Counted from the stretch's first letter, positions 1 through 8,242 are shown. The stretch is DNA of 64,000 nt from Candidatus Latescibacterota bacterium (GCA_965203175.1 OZ241867.1:160001-224000), one strand, 5' to 3'. The notes: generated by a model from the sequence alone, not told the origin. Numbers and translations: made by a program.

Positions 1-1
1 T

Positions 2-313
2 CTCGAAGGCCACAAGGCCAAGCACCGCAACGCCGGCACCACCGCCCGCGACACCGTGGAAATTATGATGGCCCTCTACGAATCGGCGCGCCGCAACCGC
101 GTGATCCACCTGCCGCTGCAAGAAAAGGGCTATCCCCTCCAGCTCATGGTCGAGGAGGGCGGCCTACCCATAGAAGTCGAGGGGCACTACGACATCCGCG
201 GCTTTCTCAAGCGCGATGGCATCGACGAAGCCAAGTACAAAAAGCTTTGGGACGAGGGCATGGGGCACCACCAAATCATGCGCCAGCTCCACGACGAAAT
301 AAACCCGCGTTGA
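2..313 (+). CDS. 3' part of a probable Gfo/Idh/MocA-family oxidoreductase (truncated by window edge)
   Basis: Frame open from position 2; 'ARDTVEIMMALYESARRNRVIHLPL' resembles the C-terminal helix of Gfo/Idh/MocA proteins. Confidence 0.55.
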   Translation, partial: LEGHKAKHRNAGTTARDTVEIMMALYESARRNRVIHLPLQEKGYPLQLMVEEGGLPIEVEGHYDIRGFLKRDGIDEAKYKKLWDEGMGHHQIMRQLHDEINPR

Positions 314-337
314 GTAGGGTTGGGGTCAGGGGATATA

Positions 338-366
338 TTGACATTCCCCGGCCCCTCCAGTACTTT
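338..366 (+). promoter_or_regulatory. sigma-70 promoter upstream of rpsR
   Basis: TTGACA (338-343), 17-nt spacer, TACTTT (361-366). Confidence 0.75.
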
Positions 367-423
367 TTGTCCTTTTAAACTTGTGCACCCGCACCAAGCG
401 GTGCCTTAAAAAGGAGCGTCGTC

Positions 424-651
424 ATCAACAAGTTTCGCAGCTCGCGCCGAGAGGCCGTAGCCAAGCTCAAGTCCGAAGACATCGACTACAAGCGCCTCGA
501 TGTCCTAGTCAAGTTCATCACGCCAACCGGCAAGATCGAATCGGCTCGGCGCACCGGTGCCACGCGCAAGCAACAGACGCGCGTCGTCCGCGCCATCAAG
601 CGCGCCCGCTTTTTGGCCCTAGTCCCCCACACTCTCGACGACACTCGTTGA
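424..651 (+). CDS. rpsR: 30S ribosomal protein S18 (cysteine-free form), probable non-canonical ATC start; not in ORF track
   Basis: Manual translation: INKFRSSRREAVAKLKSEDIDYKRLDVLVKFITPTGKIESARRTGATRKQQTRVVRAIKRARFLALVPHTLDDTR*, with S18 motifs IDYK, GKI, R.TG, AIKRAR.LAL.P; SD AAGGAG at 411-416. Confidence 0.9.
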   Translation: MNKFRSSRREAVAKLKSEDIDYKRLDVLVKFITPTGKIESARRTGATRKQQTRVVRAIKRARFLALVPHTLDDTR

Positions 652-669
652 CCGAGCCAAGCGCGCCCA

Positions 670-1119
670 ATGGCTGCCATAGGGCTGATTGAGACCCGCG
701 GTCTCGTTGGCGTCATCGAAGCAGCCGACGCGGCCGTAAAATCCGCTCCGGTCGAGCTCATCGGCATCAAGCCCATCGGCGGCGGGCTGGTTTCAACGCA
801 CTTTAGAGGTGAGGTTGCCGCCGTCCAAGTGGCGGTGCAAGCCGGCGTCGAAGCCGCGCTCAAGGTCAGCCAAGTGATCAGTCACCGCGTCATTCCCGCC
901 CCCCATTTAGACGTAGAAAACCTGCTCCTGCCCCAGCCTCAGGTAGCTCCCCCATCAGCGCAACCCCCCCCCGACGAACTAGAGGACTTGCCAGTCGCCC
1001 GTCTGCGCCAACTCGTGCGCCAGCTACCCGACGCTCAGCTCAAAGGCCGCCAAGTTTCGCGGGCCAATAAAGAGGCGCTCCTCCGAGAACTGCGCCGCGC
1101 CTCGGAACCAGACACTTAA
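670..1119 (+). CDS. Bacterial microcompartment shell protein (BMC-H) with Pro-rich linker and C-terminal helical extension
   Basis: AIGLIETRGLVGVIEAADAAVKSA...GEVAAVQVAV...VIPAPH is the BMC domain signature. Confidence 0.9.
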   Translation: MAAIGLIETRGLVGVIEAADAAVKSAPVELIGIKPIGGGLVSTHFRGEVAAVQVAVQAGVEAALKVSQVISHRVIPAPHLDVENLLLPQPQVAPPSAQPPPDELEDLPVARLRQLVRQLPDAQLKGRQVSRANKEALLRELRRASEPDT

Positions 1120-1136
1120 AACCATACGAGGTCTCA

Positions 1137-1457
1137 GTGGACAACCTGTGGAACAATCTCGTGAAAGGGCTGCAAGAAGGCGCGGCCGCGGCCGCCGACA
1201 AGGCTGGCGACCTGACCCGTCTAGCGCGTGCCCGGCTCGATATCGCCGCTGCCAAAAACCAACTCCACCGCACCCAAGCGGACCTCGGAGCACGGGTCCA
1301 CCAGCTTCTCGAAGCCGGTTCCGACCCCGTGACCGACGATCAAGTACAAGCGCTGAACCAACAGATCAAAGAGCAGAGTGCTGCGCTCGCCGATTGCGAA
1401 GCGGCCTATGAAGCGCTGCAGAGCACGGTGCGCGCGGAAGAGCGCACCGCCGATTAA
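1137..1457 (+). CDS. Hypothetical coiled-coil protein
   Basis: 106-aa helical, Ala/Gln-rich ORF with GTG start, co-oriented with the BMC gene. Confidence 0.65.
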   Translation: MDNLWNNLVKGLQEGAAAAADKAGDLTRLARARLDIAAAKNQLHRTQADLGARVHQLLEAGSDPVTDDQVQALNQQIKEQSAALADCEAAYEALQSTVRAEERTAD

Positions 1458-2575
1458 GAGTCTAGCGGTAGCAACGTTTGCTGGGAGTCCGGCGGCGCGG
1501 CGGGCCAGTGCGCTGCAAAGCCGCCGTTCGGTTTCCCGTTGTATTGCGCCACCAGCGTCATGCCGTCAGCCTCGCCGGCAATTCCCGTAACTTCGTTTAA
1601 CAACAAGTCTTGTTCCTGAGTCGTCATTACCGGAAATCCGTAGTGGCGGCTTATGTACTTCAACGGACCGTTCTCTGCCGTGCGCGCAGCGGCCCACTCC
1701 GCGTGCCGGGCTAGCCGGGCGCAATTGTACTCGTTGGCGGCAGGAGGTGTGGAGCGCAGCAGATTTTGCGCGACCGGCACCAACGTCTCGTCAATCTCCA
1801 CGCCGACCGAGTTTCTCCCTGCTGTTAAGGCAGCCGCCATCGTCGTTCCAGTCCCCGCAAACGGATCGAGCACTAGGTCTTCTTTGACGGAAAACATGCA
1901 TATAAGCCGGTAGGCCAGTTCAAACGGAAAGGCCGCGCTGCGTTCGCGGGTCGGTGCATCGACAAGCCCTTGCGAAGTTCCCTTTACATCGAGCCACACG
2001 TCCGAGAACCAGACGTTGCGCTCCTCCCAGAAGAAGGCGCTCTCGCGGCGCTTGGCTTTTTCTGCGGCCGTGGTAAATGTTCGCCGCCGCCCTTTTCTAA
2101 ACACGAGGATGTACTCGTGCTCATAGGTCACATACGCTCCTACGGGCAGCATCCCAGACCCCATAAATTTGTTGGGGGAGTTGGTCTGTTTGCGCCAGAG
2201 TATATCGGGCAAAGCGGCAAAACCCTGGCCGAGGAAGCTGCTGAGGATGCGGGAGTGATTGGAGTATAACTGGAAGTCGCCATCCAAGGTGCGGGTGGCG
2301 TCGCCAATGTTTATGCAGGCAATGGCCCCCGGCTTCGTGACGCGGTTGCACTCCAGCCAAACCGCATCGAGCAATTCGTGCATGAGCGCGAAAGCAGCCC
2401 GTCCATTGCCGCGCGACAGTTGCTCCCCAATGCGACCGTCTTGGAGCGCGAAAATCTCATCCCACATTTCCACCATCGGATAGGGCGGCGAGGTGACGAT
2501 CAAATCGACCGACTCATCCGCGACTCCCGCCATGGACTGGGCAGGGCCGCATATCAGCTTAGCGGTGGTCCGCAT
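1454..2575 (-). CDS. Site-specific DNA methyltransferase, N4-cytosine beta class, M.MthZI/Zim (CTAG)-like
   Basis: Catalytic TSPPY precedes SAM-binding VLDPFAGTGTT; KFMGSGMLP and RRESAFFWEERN.WFSDVW match my recollection of the M.MthZI family. Confidence 0.9.
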   Translation of the reverse strand: MRTTAKLICGPAQSMAGVADESVDLIVTSPPYPMVEMWDEIFALQDGRIGEQLSRGNGRAAFALMHELLDAVWLECNRVTKPGAIACINIGDATRTLDGDFQLYSNHSRILSSFLGQGFAALPDILWRKQTNSPNKFMGSGMLPVGAYVTYEHEYILVFRKGRRRTFTTAAEKAKRRESAFFWEERNVWFSDVWLDVKGTSQGLVDAPTRERSAAFPFELAYRLICMFSVKEDLVLDPFAGTGTTMAAALTAGRNSVGVEIDETLVPVAQNLLRSTPPAANEYNCARLARHAEWAAARTAENGPLKYISRHYGFPVMTTQEQDLLLNEVTGIAGEADGMTLVAQYNGKPNGGFAAHWPAAPPDSQQTLLPLDS

Positions 2576-2651
2576 GGATGCTGTACCGCCCGTCGCATCT
2601 CCAAGGCAGCTTCAGATGCAAACCTCTTTTGACTGACGTTACGCAGTGACT

Positions 2652-2927
2652 CTATTCGTCGGCCTCTAACAGGAGCCTAAAGGCTTCGAGGCTGGGCACC
2701 TGTATGGCCGCCCGATGCAACTGCTTGAGGCGCTGCACATCGTCGAGGGTTCCAATGCGGGCGGCCAACGGATCCGACGCGGCCAGCGCAAAGCGAATCT
2801 CCAGCACATCGAGCAGGTCTTCAACGGCGCGTTCTCGGCCGCCTTGCTCAATGCCTTGCTTCATGCCTTCCTCACGGGCACTTTCGGCGAGATACTGGGC
2901 AAACGAGGATTCGCGGATGAGGTCCAT
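2652..2927 (-). CDS. Putative internally initiated short Rpn product (RpnS-like antitoxin), 91 aa
   Basis: In-frame ATG at 2927 preceded by AAGGAG (2939-2934) with a 6-nt spacer. Confidence 0.55.
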   Translation of the reverse strand: MDLIRESSFAQYLAESAREEGMKQGIEQGGRERAVEDLLDVLEIRFALAASDPLAARIGTLDDVQRLKQLHRAAIQVPSLEAFRLLLEADE

Positions 2928-3560
2928 GAGATGCTCCTTGGAAACAGTGGCCATGATCGTCTGCGGATTATACACCAACCCGCTCAAGATCGCCAGTCCC
3001 GCGAGAAAATCGGCCTTGCTTGGCCGATCCAGCGGCAGGGCTGCCGCCCGAGCGACACAGTGCTCCAACCACGCCGCCTCGGTCTGACCGGCTGGCGGCT
3101 GCATCAACGGCGCAAATGGCAGCAAGCCCACAAACGCGCCGTCGAGCACAGCTTGACCGGCGAATTGGCGCAGGCGGATCACTTTATAGCGGATCACGAC
3201 CGGATAGTCGGGATGCTCTTGAATGTAATACCCCGGGTCACGTCGTCCGGCGGCGGGGCGCAGGTAGAAGACGTGCGCGTACACCGGCAGGCCGTAGTGC
3301 TCGATCATGCGGCCGATGTAGCCAGCCATGCGGCGAGGCATGGCCGAGTGATCGGTGGTTTGAAATTCGTGATGTACTAAGGCGTCCTCGCCGCCGATGC
3401 ACACGCGGAGGAGGCTGTCGGTGCGGCGGGCTTTGACGGTGGGCTGCTCGCTCTCTACCACTTCGACGTTTTCGATGTCGTCGCGCTGGAGGGCAAAGCG
3501 GGCGAAGTCGGCCGGGTAGGTTTGGATCAGGTGCTTGGAAACGATGTCGATTTCAGCCAT
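2652..3560 (-). CDS. Rpn-family (recombination-promoting nuclease / putative transposase) PD-(D/E)XK protein
   Basis: RRTDSLL...HHEFQT...MPRRMAGY core; C-terminal REEGMKQGIEQG repeat followed by a helical tail. Confidence 0.8.
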   Translation of the reverse strand: MAEIDIVSKHLIQTYPADFARFALQRDDIENVEVVESEQPTVKARRTDSLLRVCIGGEDALVHHEFQTTDHSAMPRRMAGYIGRMIEHYGLPVYAHVFYLRPAAGRRDPGYYIQEHPDYPVVIRYKVIRLRQFAGQAVLDGAFVGLLPFAPLMQPPAGQTEAAWLEHCVARAAALPLDRPSKADFLAGLAILSGLVYNPQTIMATVSKEHLMDLIRESSFAQYLAESAREEGMKQGIEQGGRERAVEDLLDVLEIRFALAASDPLAARIGTLDDVQRLKQLHRAAIQVPSLEAFRLLLEADE

Positions 3561-3601
3561 GCGCCATGCCTTGCGTTGCGGGTAGGGAGGTACCCGTAAC
3601 A

Positions 3602-3618
3602 GGCAAGAATCGTGCCAA
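3602..3618 (-). promoter_or_regulatory. sigma-54 (-24/-12) promoter upstream of the Rpn gene
   Basis: Minus strand TTGGCACGATTCTTGCC = TGGCACG-N4-TTGC consensus, about 45 nt upstream of the ATG. Confidence 0.7.
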
Positions 3619-3880
3619 GGCGGCGATTCAGAGGGGAGGAGGGGATATGAGGCGTTGGAGTGTAGCGGAAAGGATACAGGGATAGGAAGTTGGGGACAAA
3701 AGCTGCGTAACGTCCGTTTTTAACTCGATCCATATGCTTGGTGCAGGCTAGCTATCCTCGGCAAAGTAATTCTCGTCCAGTTTTTTCACATCGTATATGA
3801 TTTCGGAGACTACGCCCCCGCCGTTGATTGCGGCTGCGCAATGCCGTATCCTTTCGGTAGCACCCTCAAGGAGGATAACC

Positions 3881-4717
3881 ATGGCACCCCGCATTGACGA
3901 CCGCGACTGGTCTGCTCTGACCACTGGCCAACGCATCCACCAACTCGAAGTCGAGGGCTACCTCGTCCTGCCTGACCTGCTCGACGCCGACCACATCGCC
4001 CGCCTCAAAGCCATCACTGCTACCTTCGAGACCACAGCCGTCGATTACAGCGAACGCCAGCGCGGCCGCAACAACATCCAATTCGACGGCGGCGAAATCA
4101 CCGCCCTGCTCGGCCACCCGCCAACGCTCGCGTTTTTGCGCGAACTTTTGGGCGACGAAGTGATCTTCATGCACTACGGCTATGCGCGCTCCGAACCCGG
4201 CCACCCCGGTATCAGCCTGCACGCCGATGGCCAACCCTACGGCTCCCAAATTTTCGGCTTCGAGGGCTCTTGCCCGGTTTTGATACGGGTGCTCTACTAT
4301 CTCGACGACCTCATCCCAGAGGTCTCGCCTTTCCGCGTGGTGCCGCGCTCGCACCTGTGCCTGCACGCTGACGCCAACCCCTATACGCGCTACGAATCCC
4401 ATCCCGAAGAAGTCATGGTTCCCTGCAAAGCCGGTTCTGCCGTGCTCATCCACCACCGCATTTTCCACGGCAACTTCCCCAACGTCGGCACCTACCCACG
4501 CGAAATGCTGGCCGCCGCCTACCGACCCGCTTGGGCCGGGCCAGTTGACGAGATCAGCCCCTGGAACGAGGAAGACCTCCAGACCTTGCCAGACGAAATC
4601 CGCCCGCTCTTCGCCGACCGCAACACGCGCCACTGGGACTACCACGGCGGCAACAAACCCCCGAACATGGCCTCCGAGGCACCCGGCATGGATCCCAGCC
4701 GTTGGGAGCGCGCCTAA
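3881..4717 (+). CDS. Phytanoyl-CoA dioxygenase (PhyH) family Fe(II)/2OG protein
   Basis: EGYLVLPDLL, H-x-D (LHADG), VVPRSH, KAGSAVLIHHRIFHG; SD GAGGA before ATG 3881. Confidence 0.85.
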   Translation: MAPRIDDRDWSALTTGQRIHQLEVEGYLVLPDLLDADHIARLKAITATFETTAVDYSERQRGRNNIQFDGGEITALLGHPPTLAFLRELLGDEVIFMHYGYARSEPGHPGISLHADGQPYGSQIFGFEGSCPVLIRVLYYLDDLIPEVSPFRVVPRSHLCLHADANPYTRYESHPEEVMVPCKAGSAVLIHHRIFHGNFPNVGTYPREMLAAAYRPAWAGPVDEISPWNEEDLQTLPDEIRPLFADRNTRHWDYHGGNKPPNMASEAPGMDPSRWERA

Positions 4718-4719
4718 CG

Positions 4720-5460
4720 CTACCGAGTGAACACCGTTCCCCGCACGTAAGACCCTTCCTCGGAAGCCAAAAACGCCAGCACCCGCGCTATCCCCATCGG
4801 GTCTCCCAGCACGGCATTTCGCTTTGCTTCCTCTGGGTCGCGGCCTGTGGCCTCTGCTCCCTGCGCTATATTCTTCAGTTTCAGCGGCGTTGCAATCCCC
4901 CCGGGGCAAATCACGTGCAAGCGCACCCCCTTAGGCCCTAACTCACCTTCCAGTTTGTAGTGAAACCCGTGCTGCCCCGCCTTGCTCGCGGCATAAGCAT
5001 AGGACGAGGAACCGCCCCGTACACCCGCTCCCGAGGCGATAATCAGCAGCACGGATTGGCCGGCTGCCGCCAAGAGCGGCGTCGCGTATTTGGCCGAGAG
5101 AAAGGTGCCCTTCAGGTTGGTGTCGAGCGTCGCGTCCCAATCCTCTTCCGACAGCTCCTCAATGGTTTTGAACGCCCCCGTCAAAACCCCGGCCGAGAAA
5201 ACCGCCACATTGAGGTGGGCGGTGCGCTCTCTGATCTGCGCGACCGACGCGGCCACGCTCTCTTCCAAGCGCACATCCGTGGCGTAGAAATGCGCATGGC
5301 CTCCCGCGGCCTCAATCTGTTCCACCGCGGCTCGGCCCTCTGCTTCGTTGTAATCAATGATGTGGACGCGCGCCCCTTCTTGGGCGAAAAGCTCGGCAGC
5401 GGCCCGGCCAATGCCGGTGGACCCGCCAGTTACCAACGCATCTTTGTCTGCTAGCTTCAC
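4720..5460 (-). CDS. Short-chain dehydrogenase/reductase (SDR)
   Basis: TGGSTGIG, YAASK, ICPGGIATP motifs. Confidence 0.92.
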   Translation of the reverse strand: MKLADKDALVTGGSTGIGRAAAELFAQEGARVHIIDYNEAEGRAAVEQIEAAGGHAHFYATDVRLEESVAASVAQIRERTAHLNVAVFSAGVLTGAFKTIEELSEEDWDATLDTNLKGTFLSAKYATPLLAAAGQSVLLIIASGAGVRGGSSSYAYAASKAGQHGFHYKLEGELGPKGVRLHVICPGGIATPLKLKNIAQGAEATGRDPEEAKRNAVLGDPMGIARVLAFLASEEGSYVRGTVFTR

Positions 5461-5556
5461 ACGTACCTCCTTCTAGCGCGTGCGGCGACGCGGCAAAAGT
5501 TGCCGATATATCGCCATGGGGTATTTTCTACAAGTGATCTGTTCAAACTCCGCTAC

Positions 5557-6561
5557 ATGACCACTAATCGCCAACTCGCCGTCTGGCTCCTCGCTGTCTC
5601 GGCTCTCATCGTCATCCTCGTGGCGTACGGGGGCTGGGTGCGCCTGACCCGCTCGGGCCTATCCATCGTCGAGTGGAACGTCGTCACCGGCGTCGTGCCG
5701 CCGCTAAGTGCTGCAGCCTGGGAAAGCGAATTCGCCAAGTACCGGCAGACGCCCGAATACCAGCTCGTCAACTATGGCATGGAACTGGACGCATTCAAAT
5801 TTATCTACTACATGGAGTTCGGCCACCGCCTGCTCGGTCGGCTGGCCGGATTGCTCTTTGTGGTGCCCCTGCTCTATTTCCTCTGTCGCCGAGCCATTCC
5901 CCGCGCCCACATACCTGCCTATCTGGGCATTGGCCTGCTCTTCGCCCTCCAAGGCTTGGTAGGCTGGCTAATGGTCAAAAGCGGCCTAGACGACCGGCCC
6001 CAAGTAAGTCACCTGCGCTTGACTTTGCACCTTTGTTGCGCTCTGGCTCTTTTGGCCGCTTGCCTCTGGCAGGCCCTCGGCTATCTGTCGTCTGCGGCAG
6101 AGGTTCGGCCAGTGCCTCGCACCGCGCGCCGCCTTTGCGCTTGGCTGTTTGCCGCCATCTGCCTCCAGATCGCCGCTGGCGGCCTAGTCGCCGGGCTCAA
6201 GGCCGGGCACTTATCGGACACCTTCCCCAAAATGTTCGGAGTTTGGATCCCGGCCGGCTTGTGGTCCATGCAACCGCCGCTCGTAAACCTGCTCGACAAT
6301 CCCATTACCGTCCACTTCCAACACCGCTTCTTCGCCTTTGCGGTCCTCGGGCTAGCACTAGCTCTGTGGGTAGCCGTCCGCCGCACGGCCCTGAAAACCG
6401 GGGCTGTCCTAATCCTCTGCTTGGTAGCGGTACAGATCGGTTTGGGGATCGGCACGGTCGTCGCGCATGTCCCCCTAGCCTTGGCCTCGCTGCACCAAGT
6501 AGTAGCCGTAGCCCTGTTCGCTGCTGCGCTTTTTCTCTGCCACCGCACGTACAGAGGCTAG
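5557..6561 (+). CDS. ctaA: Heme A synthase (COX15/CtaA)
   Basis: GGWVRLTRSGLSIVEW, EFGHRLLGR, GWLMVKSGL, HFQHR; multiple TM helices. Confidence 0.93.
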   Translation: MTTNRQLAVWLLAVSALIVILVAYGGWVRLTRSGLSIVEWNVVTGVVPPLSAAAWESEFAKYRQTPEYQLVNYGMELDAFKFIYYMEFGHRLLGRLAGLLFVVPLLYFLCRRAIPRAHIPAYLGIGLLFALQGLVGWLMVKSGLDDRPQVSHLRLTLHLCCALALLAACLWQALGYLSSAAEVRPVPRTARRLCAWLFAAICLQIAAGGLVAGLKAGHLSDTFPKMFGVWIPAGLWSMQPPLVNLLDNPITVHFQHRFFAFAVLGLALALWVAVRRTALKTGAVLILCLVAVQIGLGIGTVVAHVPLALASLHQVVAVALFAAALFLCHRTYRG

Positions 6562-7277
6562 ACCGCTTCATAGCGGTTGATGATCTCGGTTTCGACCGCG
6601 CCGTCGGCCGCGATTCGGCGCACTGCAAGCGCGATCCGATGCTCGGAGTTTAGAGCTTCCCAGAGACGGGTGGGCGCATCGGCGAGGGATAACAGGTAGG
6701 GAACTCCAGAAAACGCCGGCAGCGGGTCGCCATCTGAGTCGTACGTAGTGATGGCGTAACCGTAGCCCGGCTCGATGCAGTTGAAGCGGAAGAAGTGGCG
6801 TTCGCTGCGCTCGGGATCAAAGGGGCTGGCTTTGAGTATGGCGAGCCAAGCTTCATCGGCCTCCAAATCGACATAGCCCGCTATGCGCGGCGTGTAGTTG
6901 GGCGGGTCCGGCTCGTGTAGCCAGCCAGCTAAGCTCTCGGCAAAACTGCGGCCGGCGGCAAAACCTTCGTGTATGGCGTCGGTATGCACCCCATTAGAGA
7001 CAATGCTGCGCCGGGCGCAAACTCGCATGGCGTTGTAAATGATGAGCGTGGGGTCGCTCAACTTCGCGGGATCGGCCGCTTCGGTCCGCAACACGTCGCC
7101 CTCGGCGACGAAGATGCGGTTGCGGCTGTTGGCACTGCGCCCTGAGATCCAGTAAACCTGAATCCAAGTCCCCTCCATAGCCCGGCCGATTACAATGCCG
7201 CGGCCTACGTAGGGGTTTTCGGCCAGCCGTTGCCGCAAGTTGGCCGCAGCCTGTTCTCCTACCGTTTTTGTCACCAT
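6558..7277 (-). CDS. IMP cyclohydrolase, stand-alone PurO-like family
   Basis: NPYVGRGIVIG, YWISGRSANSRNR, LIIYN, EPDPPNYTPRI. Confidence 0.85.
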   Translation of the reverse strand: MVTKTVGEQAAANLRQRLAENPYVGRGIVIGRAMEGTWIQVYWISGRSANSRNRIFVAEGDVLRTEAADPAKLSDPTLIIYNAMRVCARRSIVSNGVHTDAIHEGFAAGRSFAESLAGWLHEPDPPNYTPRIAGYVDLEADEAWLAILKASPFDPERSERHFFRFNCIEPGYGYAITTYDSDGDPLPAFSGVPYLLSLADAPTRLWEALNSEHRIALAVRRIAADGAVETEIINRYEAV

Positions 7278-7339
7278 GCCACATAGTATAAGGACAACCC
7301 TACACTCGGCAAAAGCGCGACAGCACCGCCTTTTGGCAC

Positions 7340-7393
7340 AAAAAAGGCCGGTGCCTTTTCTCGACGGGGAATATCGAGAAAAGGCACCGGCCT
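7340..7393 (-). terminator. Intrinsic terminator downstream of the 64-aa gene
   Basis: 20-bp perfect inverted repeat 7345-7364 / 7374-7393 followed by a T-run on the minus strand. Confidence 0.8.
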
Positions 7394-7423
7394 GTACCGA
7401 AATGGTCAGCCGAGGCGACCTAC

Positions 7424-7618
7424 TTAGCTGCGCTTTAGCACTGGCAGACCGTTTTTGCTCTCAGACACCTCATAGCCAGCCGGCACCGCATCGAGAGCTC
7501 CTTCCTTCTCGGTTTTAGCAAAGAAATAAATCGTCTGCGAGTTCCCGTTTTTGAGGGTCGTGGTACGGGAATGCAGAATATATGCGACCCCCTTAGAATT
7601 TGTATGCGAAAAAGCCAT
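7424..7618 (-). CDS. Small hypothetical protein (64 aa)
   Basis: SD AAGGAG upstream, own terminator, protein-like sequence (YILH...IYFFAK...PAGYEV.E.KNGLP.LK). Confidence 0.8.
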   Translation of the reverse strand: MAFSHTNSKGVAYILHSRTTTLKNGNSQTIYFFAKTEKEGALDAVPAGYEVSESKNGLPVLKRS

Positions 7619-7783
7619 GGCATCTCCTTACGTGTGATATAGAGGAAGCATGGAAGTCGAACGGCAAAGCACGACTTCTCGCTGAGTAGGGGAGTCTTTC
7701 TAGAAAAAAAGGCCATCTGGCCAAAATCGCAACTACTTTTGTAGCTCCCTCGCCTTGGGCCAGCACAACCACTAAGACGGCTC

Positions 7784-7812
7784 TTGACTAAGAGCAACCC
7801 ATAGCGTAGAAT
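7784..7812 (+). promoter_or_regulatory. sigma-70 promoter for rpsU-csp
   Basis: TTGACT, 17-nt spacer, TAGAAT. Confidence 0.75.
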
Positions 7813-7861
7813 ATACTTTTCTTACCTAGGGAACTCAAAAGCCAAGGGTTAGGAGCAGTAG

Positions 7862-8170
7862 ATGAGCAATTTCAGCGTCGAAGTCAGATCGGACGAACCT
7901 TTTGAAAAGGCGCTACGGCGCTTTACGTCCAAAACCCGCAAAGCCGGCTTGTTGCGCGACTTGAAGAAGCGGCGTTTCTATACTAAACCCTCGGTCCAGA
8001 AGAAGATCAACCGCCAAAAGAGCATCCGCCGGCAGCAGAAGGCCATTCGCATGGCCGAGGTTGGCTTCGTCCGCGGCGCACGCGGGGCCGGTGGGCGCAA
8101 CGCCGGTGGGCGCAACGCCGGTGGGCGCAACGCCGGTGGGCGCAACGCCGGTGGGCGCAGCCCGCGCTAG
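7862..8170 (+). CDS. rpsU: 30S ribosomal protein S21 with repetitive Gly/Arg C-terminal tail
   Basis: V.VRSDEPFEKALRRF...AGLLRDLKKRRFYTKPS; SD AGGAG. Confidence 0.93.
   Translation: MSNFSVEVRSDEPFEKALRRFTSKTRKAGLLRDLKKRRFYTKPSVQKKINRQKSIRRQQKAIRMAEVGFVRGARGAGGRNAGGRNAGGRNAGGRNAGGRSPR
8087..8159 (+). repeat. 15-bp tandem repeat GCCGGTGGGCGCAAC, 4 full copies plus a 13-nt partial (encodes AGGRN)
   Basis: Read directly; identical units. Confidence 0.95.
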
Positions 8171-8242
8171 GGTCTTTCCTTAAGCCCAGCTTGGAACGCT
8201 TAGCTCAACGCCATTAGCAATCGAAGGGAGGTAACCTTCATT

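Noticed and set aside
381-692. 103-aa ORF in the track
   Set aside because: Out-of-frame shadow of the real S18 frame; no recognisable protein features
2652-3560. Rpn gene as an IS element
   Set aside because: No terminal inverted repeats or target duplication seen; the family is not shown to transpose
7334-7350. TGGCACA-N4-AGGC as a sigma-54 promoter
   Set aside because: Poor -12 match, overlaps a terminator, no gene correctly oriented downstream
8087-8159. Tandem repeat considered as a CRISPR array
   Set aside because: No spacers, in-frame coding repeat, no cas genes
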